Counted from the stretch's first letter, positions 41,513 to 51,507 are shown. The stretch: DNA of 53,506 nt from Bacteroidota bacterium (GCA_024645005.1 JAHEGS010000013.1:1-53506), one strand, 5' to 3'. The notes: generated by a model from the sequence alone, not told the origin. Made by a program: numbers and translations.

Positions 41513-42853
41513 ATGGATTCATTTCAAGAACTTTCAATTCAAAAATCACTTCTGAATGCTCTTTCAGATCTAGATTTTGAAAAGCCTACTCCTATTCAAA
41601 TAGAAGCCTATCCCAAGATTCTTTCGGGTAGAAATGTAGTTGGAATTGCACAAACGGGGACTGGGAAAACCTTAGCCTATACCCTACCAATTCTTCAAGA
41701 ATTGAAGTTTTCTAAAAGTGCAAAACCTCGGATATTGATTATTGTACCCACTCGTGAGCTTGTAGTGCAAGTGGTGGATCAAATCAAACTTTTCACAAAA
41801 TACATGAATGTTCGAATAGCTGGTGTGTTTGGTGGGGTCAACATTAAAACCCAACAAAAGACACTCTCAGAAGGTACAGACATCATAGTAGGAACACCCG
41901 GTCGATTATATGATTTGATCATTAATCGATCGTTGCAAACTCAAGAAATAAAAAAATTGGTAATTGATGAGGTAGATATAATGCTTGATTTGGGATTTCG
42001 ATTCCAACTCAACAATATCTTTGAACTACTGCCTGATAAGCGTCAAAATATTATGTTCTCTGCAACGATGACTGAGGACGTTCAAAAACTCATTCAAGAT
42101 AATTTCATAAACCCTCAGACAATCACTATTTCTGTAAGTGGAACTCCACTAGATAATATCTCCCAATCGTGTTATGCTGTGCCCAATTTTTACACGAAGG
42201 TTCATCTTCTTGAATTCCTACTTAAGGATAAAGCTACCTTTCAAAAGGTGGTCGTATTTATCGATTCAAAAAAGAACGCAGATCGATTATTTGAAGAATT
42301 GGAAGCAAACTTTTGGAACGAATTGGGAATTATTCATAGCAACAAGAGTCAAAACAATCGATTGGCCACCATTGAACGTTTTAATGATGGTCATACTCGA
42401 ATACTCATTGCATCGGACATCATCGCTAGAGGACTTGACTTGGATGACATTTCCCACGTAATCAACTTTGATACACCCCTGTTTCCGGAAAATTATATTC
42501 ATCGAATTGGTCGAACAGGTAGAGCCAAAAAAATGGGAAATTCAATCTTACTTTACACTCCTAAAGAAGAGAAAAATAAAATCAATATCGAGAAACTGAT
42601 GAACAGAAATATCGATTCTATTCCTTTACCTGATGAAGTTAAAATAAGTAATAAGTTAATCCTTGATGAGCAACCAAAAATCATTGAAAAGAATCCTCAC
42701 AAAAAATCGAAACAACCAGCGGGACCCAGTTTTCATGAAAAAAAGGATAAAAATAAAAAAGAATATAACCTGAGTGGAGGGCAGAAGATTAAACTCAAAA
42801 AAGCAAAGAAATATAAAAAGCCCATCACCAGAGGGTCTAAAAGAAAGAAATAA
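41513..42853 (+). CDS. DEAD-box ATP-dependent RNA helicase with Lys-rich C-terminal tail
   Basis: Q motif (F.KPTPIQ), AQTGTGKT, PTRELV, DEVD, SAT, ARGLD and HRIGRTGRA motifs. Start moved to ATG 41513; the track TTG at 41498 lies inside the -7 box. Confidence 0.9.
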   Translation: MDSFQELSIQKSLLNALSDLDFEKPTPIQIEAYPKILSGRNVVGIAQTGTGKTLAYTLPILQELKFSKSAKPRILIIVPTRELVVQVVDQIKLFTKYMNVRIAGVFGGVNIKTQQKTLSEGTDIIVGTPGRLYDLIINRSLQTQEIKKLVIDEVDIMLDLGFRFQLNNIFELLPDKRQNIMFSATMTEDVQKLIQDNFINPQTITISVSGTPLDNISQSCYAVPNFYTKVHLLEFLLKDKATFQKVVVFIDSKKNADRLFEELEANFWNELGIIHSNKSQNNRLATIERFNDGHTRILIASDIIARGLDLDDISHVINFDTPLFPENYIHRIGRTGRAKKMGNSILLYTPKEEKNKINIEKLMNRNIDSIPLPDEVKISNKLILDEQPKIIEKNPHKKSKQPAGPSFHEKKDKNKKEYNLSGGQKIKLKKAKKYKKPITRGSKRKK

Positions 42854-42877
42854 AAAACCAAACCGTCAAAAATAGGC

Positions 42878-42885
42878 TACCTTTG
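42878..42885 (+). promoter_or_regulatory. -7 promoter box TACCTTTG for the cold-shock gene
   Basis: Exact TAnnTTTG, 21 nt upstream of ATG 42907. Confidence 0.55.
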
Positions 42886-42906
42886 AACACTTAATAAATT
42901 AATAAA

Positions 42907-43098
42907 ATGAATAAAGGAACAGTAAAATTCTTCAATGATGAGAAAGGCTATGGTTTTATCACACCGGAAGATGGAAGTAAAGATGTATTTGTACACAAAA
43001 CCGGGACAACTACTCGAATCAATGAAGGAGATCAAGTATCGTATGAGATTGAAGATGGTCAAAAAGGACCAAGTGCAGTAAAAGTAGCTCTCGTATAA
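42907..43098 (+). CDS. cold-shock protein (CspA family)
   Basis: [30 protein letters not shown] contains the RNP1/RNP2 motifs; 63 aa; has its own promoter box and terminator. Confidence 0.95.
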   Translation: MNKGTVKFFNDEKGYGFITPEDGSKDVFVHKTGTTTRINEGDQVSYEIEDGQKGPSAVKVALV

Positions 43099-43119
43099 GT
43101 ATATTTTTAAAGATGATTG

Positions 43120-43151
43120 AAGGTTGTCACATGATGTGACAACCTTTTTTT
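43120..43151 (+). terminator. rho-independent terminator after the cold-shock gene
   Basis: 10-11 bp stem AGGTTGTCAC(A)/(T)GTGACAACCT with a short loop, followed by TTTTTTT. Confidence 0.8.
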
Positions 43152-43185
43152 GTTAAAAAGAAGCTAATATTGTTAGACAAACTAC

Positions 43186-43437
43186 ATGAAGAGGAACGAA
43201 CTTCCAGAACAAAATCAACCCAATAACCCATTGCATGGCATTAAACTAAAAGATATTTTAGAATATCTTGTCAAGTTCTACGGTTGGCAAAAACTGGGAG
43301 AGTTAATTAGAATCAACTGTTTTCAGAGTAATCCTTCAATTGGAAGTAGTTTGAAATTTTTAAGAAAAACCCCATGGGCAAGGGATAAAGTCGAAAAGCT
43401 ATATTTAGAATCCATCCCCAGTTTTAAAAACCAATGA
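43186..43437 (+). CDS. VF530/DUF2132-family putative DNA-binding protein
   Basis: [33 protein letters not shown]...[20 protein letters not shown] matches the DUF2132 signature as I recall it. Confidence 0.75.
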   Translation: MKRNELPEQNQPNNPLHGIKLKDILEYLVKFYGWQKLGELIRINCFQSNPSIGSSLKFLRKTPWARDKVEKLYLESIPSFKNQ

Positions 43438-43910
43438 AAGCCTCGTCCATTTCACAAATAAAAAAAGAACTTCAATACGTTTCAAAAGAAGAGTTGATCG
43501 AAATAGTCCTTCGGATTGGAAAGTACAAGATTGAGAATAAGGAACTCTTAAGTTATTTGTTATTTGACTCGAGTGATGAGGAGGGATACATTGAAAAAAT
43601 TAAGATGTACATGGATTTTCAATTTGAAATTATCAATAGAGAAAATTATTATTACATCAAGAAGAGTGTTCGAAAAATTCTGCGAACCACAAAACGTTTT
43701 ATTAAGTACACCAAGAACATAGAAACTGAAACTACGTTACTGATCCATTTTTGTAGAAATCTAGAGGGAATGGATCCATCCTACAAATACAATCAGGTTC
43801 TTACTAATATGTATCAACGCCAACTGGGGTTGATTGAAAAAAACCTGGACAAAATGCATGAAGATTTAAGTTATGATTTCAGGAGGGAAGTTGACACTTT
43901 GATTCAATAA
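43434..43910 (+). CDS. hypothetical helical protein, translationally coupled to the VF530 gene
   Basis: 158-aa ORF whose ATG overlaps the upstream stop (ATGA); Lys/Glu/Tyr-rich; no recognisable motif. Confidence 0.5.
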   Translation: MKASSISQIKKELQYVSKEELIEIVLRIGKYKIENKELLSYLLFDSSDEEGYIEKIKMYMDFQFEIINRENYYYIKKSVRKILRTTKRFIKYTKNIETETTLLIHFCRNLEGMDPSYKYNQVLTNMYQRQLGLIEKNLDKMHEDLSYDFRREVDTLIQ

Positions 43911-43918
43911 CTACCTAT

Positions 43919-45340
43919 TTAAATTCTTTGCTTGATTTTTATTCTAAGAGCTGCAAAAATCAAAGTCATAAAAGGACTCACATAATTGAATACGGCATAA
44001 ATAAAGAACTCACCAACCCCAACTCCTAACACGCCACTTTGATATGCCCCACAAGTGTTCCAAGGAACTAAAACTGAAGTTACAGTCCCACTATCCTCTA
44101 ATGTTCGGCTTAAATTCTCTGGGGCTAAATTCTTTTCTTCAAATGCTTTTGAGAACATTTTACCAGGAACAACGATGGAAAGATATTGATCACTTGCCGT
44201 TAAATTGATAGTTAAACAACTGGCAAGAGTACTTGCAAAAAGACTAAAAATAGAAGAACCAATGGATAATAAAGCAGAGCTAATTCTTGATAAAGCTCCA
44301 ATAGACTCCATGACACCTCCAAAGACCATAGCACAAATAATCAGCCAGATGGTCCCCAACATCCCCTCCATGCCTCCAGAAACAAAAAGATCATTTAGAG
44401 AAGGTTCGGAGGTATTCACAGCAACTCCAGTAGCGATAGAAGTCATAAAGTATTTATACGTATCGATAAGTGAAGGAGAAAGATGACTAGATTGGAAAAA
44501 ATAAGCCATCACTAACCCTAAAATAGTTCCAGCAAAAAGGGCAATTATTGGAGATACTTTTCTTACTATCATTAGAATAACGATCAGAGGAACTAAAAAT
44601 AACCATGGGCTTATGTAAAAGCTATCTTGAATGGATAGTAATAAATACTCACTACTTACAAGTTCTTTTGTTTCCATTGAGAAACTAATTACAGAAAAAA
44701 CAATTAATGTAATTGTAATACTAGGTATAGTAGTGTAGAGCATATACCGAATGTGGGAAAACAAATTAGAGCCAGCCATAGCCGCTGCTAGGTTAGTAGT
44801 ATCGCTAAGTGGAGATAATTTATCGCCAAAGTATGCTCCGCTAATAACAGCTCCCGCAACAATCCCAGCAGGTATTCCCATTGCCTTACCAATAGCGATC
44901 AATGCGATTCCAATGGTTGCACTTGTCGTCCAGGAACTACCAGTAGCTACAGAAATAATAGCTGAAATAACAACAGCAGAAGGCAAAAATAGAATTGGGT
45001 TAATTAATAAAACACCATAATAGATCATTGCTGGGACAATACCTGATATTAGCCATGATGCAGATAAAGACCCAACCAGTAAAAGTATCAGAATAGCTCC
45101 ACTAACTGATTTTAAATTTTCACCCACTTGTTCAATCATAGATTTAAAGGTTCGGCTATTGAGTATACCAACAATAGAAGCTACGGCACCTCCAATAAGT
45201 AGGACAAACTGATTACTACCGCTAATTGCATCATCCCCAAAAACAAACACATTAAAGGCCAATAATAAAACTAAACAAATAAGTGGAATAAGTGAAGCAA
45301 AAAGGGATATCTGCTTAATTTCATGTTGGGATGACTTCAT
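43919..45340 (-). CDS. nhaC: Na+/H+ antiporter, NhaC family
   Basis: About 470 aa with 11-12 TM helices and Gly/Ala-rich helices collinear with NhaC-type antiporters. Start moved to ATG 45340 (the track uses TTG 45349). Confidence 0.8.
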   Translation of the reverse strand: MKSSQHEIKQISLFASLIPLICLVLLLAFNVFVFGDDAISGSNQFVLLIGGAVASIVGILNSRTFKSMIEQVGENLKSVSGAILILLLVGSLSASWLISGIVPAMIYYGVLLINPILFLPSAVVISAIISVATGSSWTTSATIGIALIAIGKAMGIPAGIVAGAVISGAYFGDKLSPLSDTTNLAAAMAGSNLFSHIRYMLYTTIPSITITLIVFSVISFSMETKELVSSEYLLLSIQDSFYISPWLFLVPLIVILMIVRKVSPIIALFAGTILGLVMAYFFQSSHLSPSLIDTYKYFMTSIATGVAVNTSEPSLNDLFVSGGMEGMLGTIWLIICAMVFGGVMESIGALSRISSALLSIGSSIFSLFASTLASCLTINLTASDQYLSIVVPGKMFSKAFEEKNLAPENLSRTLEDSGTVTSVLVPWNTCGAYQSGVLGVGVGEFFIYAVFNYVSPFMTLIFAALRIKIKQRI

Positions 45341-45772
45341 TATTGGCAAAGTAACTTATTTTTATGATTCGTCTATTTATACATTAAAGCAGACAGCTAA
45401 AAAATCATCTACTAAAATCAAAAATTCTGAATAATATAAACTAATAAATAATACTTAAAGTATTAATAATCAATGATTTATGAGTTTGGCAAGCAAATTA
45501 TGACACAAATCATACTAAAATGTAATCTTAATCATATTTTATGAAAATAGACGGGATTAACATTGTAGTGTGCTTATGAAGCAAAAGAAGTTTATAACTA
45601 TTGAACAACAAATGTTACAAAGGATTCGTTAAGAAGATAGTTTAAAAAAATTGAGTATCTCAGTATTAGTAAGTTACGTTCAAAATACACTCAATGCTTA
45701 GTTTAAGGGTAGATTGATTTCTAAAAAAAACGCTTAAGATTGTTATTGACCTTCAATCTGCCCTTTTTTTTA

Positions 45773-46777
45773 CTATTCCAAAAATAAGACTTCTTCAGCG
45801 TATTTACAAGTTTCTTTTAGTAAACTATGGGTGTTTTGGTTAAAAATACCATTTGCCATCGCATGTGCTTTAGCATCCTTCATATTTACTACTCTCAACT
45901 TTTCTCTTGGAGTACCTATTTGTTTAGTCATTTCCAAAATCTTTTTTACTGATACCACTTTATCTTGATGTTCTTCATCTTCGTAGTAATAGCTCACGAA
46001 TACAGGAATTGTAATTTCAGAAAACACATCCTTCTTCATTGTTGATTCCAATAAATGTTGTAACTCTAAAACCGATTCTAATCGATATTTTGTATGCCAA
46101 AATGGTTCTGCCGCTTCTGGTGCCTCCCAAGTATGATACTTACCCCCTTTCACTAATCTTGCGATTTCGAGACCCCATGGACCCGTTAATAAAACTGCTC
46201 TCGAATCAAAAACTCGAATATTTGGTGAGTAGCATATTAAACTATGGATTTCATTTTGAACAGATGATAGATATAATGCAGCAGTACTTCCTGTACTTGT
46301 ACTCATGATGATGACTGAATCTCCCATCGCTCGAGCAATTGTGTAAGCTTCTTTAACAGACTCCAAGTACTTTTTTCCTGTAAAATTTAACATAGCCTCT
46401 TTTTCATTGAGTCCACTCTCTGCTAGTAAAGGAGCATAAGCATTCATCTTATACTTCTTAGCAAACTGATGATAAACTGGATCTCCCTCCTGAGGACATG
46501 CCGAGAACCCGTGAAGATATAACAAAACATATGTTGTTTTCTTTCCAACTGAATCTGCCCAATAAATTTTGGAGTGGTTACCCAATTTAATTTTCGGATT
46601 TTTATTTTTTTCATTCACTATTGAGTCCACTTCTGATAGTTTTATACCCGTATTCTTAATCTGAGGTGAAAAATTTTCCTTATTCATTCTAGGCCCTAGT
46701 AAGTAAATCAACCCAATAGAACCAATGATTACTATAAACCTTTTTAAACGCATTATTTGATTATTCGATATTAGCAT
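45773..46777 (-). CDS. alpha/beta-fold hydrolase (esterase/lipase-like), membrane-anchored or secreted
   Basis: YVLLYLHGFSA oxyanion region and nucleophile elbow IIMSTSTGS (S-x-S-x-G variant). N-terminal hydrophobic anchor; an alternative ATG at 46753 gives MRLKRFIVIIGSIGLIYL. Confidence 0.7.
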   Translation of the reverse strand: MLISNNQIMRLKRFIVIIGSIGLIYLLGPRMNKENFSPQIKNTGIKLSEVDSIVNEKNKNPKIKLGNHSKIYWADSVGKKTTYVLLYLHGFSACPQEGDPVYHQFAKKYKMNAYAPLLAESGLNEKEAMLNFTGKKYLESVKEAYTIARAMGDSVIIMSTSTGSTAALYLSSVQNEIHSLICYSPNIRVFDSRAVLLTGPWGLEIARLVKGGKYHTWEAPEAAEPFWHTKYRLESVLELQHLLESTMKKDVFSEITIPVFVSYYYEDEEHQDKVVSVKKILEMTKQIGTPREKLRVVNMKDAKAHAMANGIFNQNTHSLLKETCKYAEEVLFLE

Positions 46778-46889
46778 TTTCCATTGGATTTTTAATTTTT
46801 TATTATTTGAATATTAATTATTTCTTATTTGATATGTATTATTCCTTATTTTCGAGTTTAAATAAATCAAAAACTACGCTATTTAAAGA

Positions 46890-49754
46890 ATGATGAATTC
46901 TTCATATATCAAAGGCCTCAAGAGGCTTTTTTCGTTCATTATCCCATTATTATTTGCTAAATATAGCAAGGCTCAAACCATTTCAGGAAAAATATACAAT
47001 ACCAACAAAGAATCTCTTGTTGGTGCATACATAACTGTACCATCCATCAATGGCGTTGGAGCAATTAGTGATGAGAACGGGGCCTTCAGTCTTAAGGTAA
47101 ATACCTTTCCTGTTACCCTAAAAGTTTCCTATCTAGGATATCTCGATAATCAAGTTGTTGTAAAATCACCAAGCTCAAAACTTTCAATCATCATGAAAGA
47201 AGCTAAAGAAAATGTGCTTACAGGAGCTGTGGTGAAAGCAAGTAGGGTCACTGAAAAACAAAAAGAGGCCCCACTAACTGTCGAATCTATTGGTATCAAA
47301 GCCATCAAAGATGCTCCTGCTGCATCGTTTTATGAAAGCCTTGGGAATCTTAAGGGTGTGGATGTTACTGCCGCTAGCTTAGGCTTTAGAGTAGTCAATA
47401 CGAGAGGTTTTAATAGTACAAGTCCTGTAAGGTCTTTACAATTAATTGATGGGGTTGACAATCAATCACCTGGACTTAATTTTAGTTTGGGAAATTTTTT
47501 AGGAGCGAGTGATATTGATATACAACGCGTTAATGTTATCGCTGGGGCGAGTAGTGCCTTTTATGGACCAAATGCCTTCAATGGAGTAATCAGTATGGAG
47601 ACAAAAAGCCCCTTTCTATTTCCTGGGGTTATGGCCGAAATTAAAGTTGGCGAACGTCAAATGGGTCAAGTTCAATTTCGTATCGCAGATTATTTCAATA
47701 ATGAACAAGGAGAACAAAAATTTGGATACAAGCTCACTGCTAGCTACATGCAAGCCAATGACTGGGAAGCCGAAAATTACCAACCAACACAAGATTCTGA
47801 TTTCGATGAGACTAACCCAGGCGGTTACGATGCTGTAAATCGATATGGTGACGAAAATTATGAAGACCGCTTAAATCCAACTGGTCAGTTAGACTATCCA
47901 GGTCTAGGAGCCTTCTACAGAACAGGATATCGCGAAGTTGACTTAGTAGATTACAGCACAGACAACGTCAAGTTGAATACCGCTCTTTTTTATAAAATCA
48001 ACAAAGAAACTGAACTTGAATATGCCTTTAATTATAGTGGAGGAAGTACAGTCTACCAAGGTGACAATCGATACAAACTCGAGAACATTCGTTTTTGGCA
48101 AAACAAAATAGAATTACGGAATAAAGGCAAGTATTTCTTGAGAGCATACTCAACCAATGAAGATGCTGGCGACACCTACGATATTGTAGCTACTGGATTT
48201 GAATTAAATAACCGTGCAATTGACAACAACCAATGGTTCACAAGTTATGCTAACCGATGGAGACAGCCGTACTCTGCTGGATATAAGGTTCAAAAATTGC
48301 CAGGATATCCAACTTATTCTCCGGCTGTACACGATAATGTACCCAATTGGATAGACAATTATTTAAATCCTTTCTTAGCTCAACATCAAGACTCTATTCG
48401 TGCTTGGCATGAAGATATTAGAGCATTAAATGATGGCTCTGGTGGAGGAATTTATTCTCCCCGCTTTATTCCTGGTACAGCTGAATTTGATAGTGTATTT
48501 CAAGATATTACAACTCGCCTTTTCACTGATAATGGAACTCGTTTTTTTGACCGTTCTGCACTATATCATGCTCAAGGAGAATATATTTTTACACCAAGCT
48601 TTGGTAAGATTACCGTTGGAGCTAATGGTCGACTATATCGACCAAACTCAAGGGGAACTATTCTTAAAGATACAGGAGATGTCACCATAACCAACTATGA
48701 AGGTGGAGTATACAGTGGGATTGAAAAAAGATGGCTTATGGATCGTGTAATTGCCAATGTAACAACACGGGTAGATAAGAATCAAAATTTTAATTTCTTA
48801 GTTTCGCCTGCAGCCTCTCTTATCTATAAACATCGAACAAATCACGTCTTTCGAACTTCATTTTCATCTGCTATTCGTAACCCTACGCTTGCTGACCAAT
48901 ATTTGTACTATGATGTTGGAAGAGCTCGTCTTCTTGGGAACCTAGACGGTTATGACTCTCTAATCGATGTTCAGTCATTTATCGACTACAGTGCAACGAC
49001 CCTACAACCTGATTTACTAAAGTATTTTGATGTAGACCCCATTCGACCAGAACAAGCTAGAACCATCGAATTTGGTTATAAAGGAAACATTGCTGATCAA
49101 TCACTATTTATTGATGCAGGATATTACTTTACATCCTACACTAACTTTATTGGATACAATATTGGTATCGATGCATACATTGATCCAGTAAATAACTTTC
49201 CAACAAATATTGGTGTTTATCGAGTTGCGGCAAATGCCAAATCGAAAGTAACAACTCAGGGAATAGCAATTGGATTAAACTATTACTTCAAAAAATACGC
49301 CTTAGGAGGCAACTATTCATGGAACCAACTCAACAAAAAAGGAAGTGACGATCCTATTATACCAGCGTTCAATACCCCTGAACATAAATTTAATATTAGT
49401 TTTTCTGGAGAGAAACTAAAGCTCCCCTATCTAAAAGGTGAGCACTTTGGATTTGGTTTGAATTATAAATGGATCGAAGGATTTATTTTTGAGGGATCTC
49501 CGCAGTTCACGGGGACTGTCCCTACATACGATATGCTTGATATCCAAATCAATTATCAAGTACCATCACTCAAGACAACCTTTAAACTTGGAGCTTCAAA
49601 TGTTCTTGGTTTAATGCCTTTGTTTGATGCAGACAATGAAAATACACAACGCTCAGTATTCAATAATTTAAACTACCAAGTATATGGTGGTCCATATGTT
49701 GGTAGACTCATTTATTTCTCGGTTCAAACCGACTTGAAGTTTACAAAAAATTAA
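46890..49754 (+). CDS. TonB-dependent receptor with N-terminal carboxypeptidase-regulatory-like domain
   Basis: Signal peptide. ISGKIYNTNKESLVGAYITVPS...GAFSLKV CarbopepD_reg-like fold. Plug domain (VESIGIKAIKDAPAASFYESLGNLKGVD...VNTRGF). About 700-aa beta-barrel region. Confidence 0.85.
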   Translation: MMNSSYIKGLKRLFSFIIPLLFAKYSKAQTISGKIYNTNKESLVGAYITVPSINGVGAISDENGAFSLKVNTFPVTLKVSYLGYLDNQVVVKSPSSKLSIIMKEAKENVLTGAVVKASRVTEKQKEAPLTVESIGIKAIKDAPAASFYESLGNLKGVDVTAASLGFRVVNTRGFNSTSPVRSLQLIDGVDNQSPGLNFSLGNFLGASDIDIQRVNVIAGASSAFYGPNAFNGVISMETKSPFLFPGVMAEIKVGERQMGQVQFRIADYFNNEQGEQKFGYKLTASYMQANDWEAENYQPTQDSDFDETNPGGYDAVNRYGDENYEDRLNPTGQLDYPGLGAFYRTGYREVDLVDYSTDNVKLNTALFYKINKETELEYAFNYSGGSTVYQGDNRYKLENIRFWQNKIELRNKGKYFLRAYSTNEDAGDTYDIVATGFELNNRAIDNNQWFTSYANRWRQPYSAGYKVQKLPGYPTYSPAVHDNVPNWIDNYLNPFLAQHQDSIRAWHEDIRALNDGSGGGIYSPRFIPGTAEFDSVFQDITTRLFTDNGTRFFDRSALYHAQGEYIFTPSFGKITVGANGRLYRPNSRGTILKDTGDVTITNYEGGVYSGIEKRWLMDRVIANVTTRVDKNQNFNFLVSPAASLIYKHRTNHVFRTSFSSAIRNPTLADQYLYYDVGRARLLGNLDGYDSLIDVQSFIDYSATTLQPDLLKYFDVDPIRPEQARTIEFGYKGNIADQSLFIDAGYYFTSYTNFIGYNIGIDAYIDPVNNFPTNIGVYRVAANAKSKVTTQGIAIGLNYYFKKYALGGNYSWNQLNKKGSDDPIIPAFNTPEHKFNISFSGEKLKLPYLKGEHFGFGLNYKWIEGFIFEGSPQFTGTVPTYDMLDIQINYQVPSLKTTFKLGASNVLGLMPLFDADNENTQRSVFNNLNYQVYGGPYVGRLIYFSVQTDLKFTKN

Positions 49755-49802
49755 ACATTAAAAATTAAATCTATATCTTGCAATTACAAATAATATTAAA
49801 AA

Positions 49803-51485
49803 ATGAAAAAACAATACTTAATTTTTACCCTTTTATTTTCTTTTATTGCTAGTATATCACTAGCTCAAAAAAGATACATTGATCCCATTTATACGGATGC
49901 TGATATTGAAGTTACCAGCGATGTTAAATACGCTACAAACATTGATTTTTTAACTTCTGATCGATCAGATCCAGCACAAGCTGTTGCAGACATTACAGCT
50001 ATCAAAACTGCTCTCTTCACTGGTCAACCAATACCAGCTGCTTACTATGATCCAAGAGATCCTTCATCTAAAATTAAAGTTACTGATCTAAAGATGGACG
50101 TTTATCGTGCAAAAGCTGATGTAGATTCAAAAACTGATAGACCAGTTATTCTATATCTACATACAGGTAACTTTTTACCACCAGTAATTAATGGTTCTCC
50201 ATGTGGTGTAAAAACAGACAGTTCGGCTATTGTTTTATGTACTGAGTGGGCTAAAAGAGGATACGTTGCAGTATCTGTAGCATACCGTGGTGGATGGAAC
50301 CCATTAGCTGGAACTGAGGAAGAACGTAAAGGTCAACTACTCAACGCAGTATATAGAGCTATTCATGACGTTAAACAATCAGTAGCAGCAATCCGAACAG
50401 AAGCTGCTGGTTCTAATACTTATGGTATGGATGCTAGTCAAATTACTTTATATGGTGAGGGTACAGGAGCTTATGTTGCTCTAGGATACTCAACTCTTGA
50501 TAAATACAGTGAAATGGAACTCACTAAGTTCTTAAATCCACTAAGTAACAAATCATATATTGACACTGCTTTAGTAGGTTTGATTGATGGTTCAAGAGGT
50601 GCTTTCAATCTATATCAGTCTCCTTCAACTGACGTCAGCGTTCAAGCTGTTGTTAATGCAGGAGGTGCATTGGCTGACACATCATGGTTAGAAGCTGGCG
50701 ATGCTCCCATGATTACCTTCCAAGCGGTTAGAGATCCTTTCGCTCCATTTAATGAGGGTATCGTTGTTGTACCAACTACAAATGGAAATGTTGTAGAAGT
50801 ACAAGGAGCAAATTTATTCATCCAAAAAGCCAATGCTATTGGTAACAACGATGCAATTAAAAACATGCCTGCTAATGATGAATACAACAAAAAAGCAAGA
50901 TCACACTACGGTAAGACTTTAGATTACATTTATCCTGCTCCTGGAGATAAAATGACCATCAACCAAGATGTTGAGCATTTATTCCCAATTATCAGACCAA
51001 TCACTGATGATTTATACAACAACCGATCTGGACCATGGCAATGGTGGGATCCTGAGTCTCCTTATGCTAAAGCAGAGGTTGCACCTGGAATAACGGTTCA
51101 CATGGCATCTCTTCCTGGTAACCCAGATATGGGACCAGAAAAAGGAAGAACATTCATCGATACTATCATGGGTTATATGTGTCCTAGAATTGCCGTTATC
51201 AACGGTGAATATACTGTTGATCAGTTAGCTGCTATAAACGATAAGCTACCTAGCAATTCAGCCTCTATTTACCCTAACCCAGCAACTAACGAAGTTACTG
51301 TCTCTGTAGATAACAAGTATCATGTTCAGTCTATTCAAATGATGGACATCACAGGAAGAGAAGTGAAAAACATCACTGCTAATAATGTGGTTAACATTAA
51401 TATTTCTGATCTTCAATCTGGATACTATATCCTTAACATACAGACTACAGAAGGAGTCATTTCCTCTAAATTAATAAAAGACTAA
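49803..51485 (+). CDS. T9SS-sorted alpha/beta-hydrolase-like protein (esterase-like, nucleophile not conserved)
   Basis: Signal peptide. Carboxylesterase-like PVILYLHTGNF...VSVAYRGG...ITLYGEGTGAYVA. C-terminal IYPNPATNEVTV...GYYILNIQT T9SS type A sorting domain. Confidence 0.75.
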   Translation: MKKQYLIFTLLFSFIASISLAQKRYIDPIYTDADIEVTSDVKYATNIDFLTSDRSDPAQAVADITAIKTALFTGQPIPAAYYDPRDPSSKIKVTDLKMDVYRAKADVDSKTDRPVILYLHTGNFLPPVINGSPCGVKTDSSAIVLCTEWAKRGYVAVSVAYRGGWNPLAGTEEERKGQLLNAVYRAIHDVKQSVAAIRTEAAGSNTYGMDASQITLYGEGTGAYVALGYSTLDKYSEMELTKFLNPLSNKSYIDTALVGLIDGSRGAFNLYQSPSTDVSVQAVVNAGGALADTSWLEAGDAPMITFQAVRDPFAPFNEGIVVVPTTNGNVVEVQGANLFIQKANAIGNNDAIKNMPANDEYNKKARSHYGKTLDYIYPAPGDKMTINQDVEHLFPIIRPITDDLYNNRSGPWQWWDPESPYAKAEVAPGITVHMASLPGNPDMGPEKGRTFIDTIMGYMCPRIAVINGEYTVDQLAAINDKLPSNSASIYPNPATNEVTVSVDNKYHVQSIQMMDITGREVKNITANNVVNINISDLQSGYYILNIQTTEGVISSKLIKD

Positions 51486-51507
51486 AAGTCTAATTAATTT
51501 TATAAGT

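Noticed and set aside
45722-45770. A8...T8-flanked sequence after the alpha/beta hydrolase stop, considered as a bidirectional terminator
   Set aside because: Only a 6-bp AT-rich stem (AGATTG/CAATCT) with an 11-nt loop can form. This is too weak to call as a feature, so it is mentioned only under the intergenic-spacer finding.
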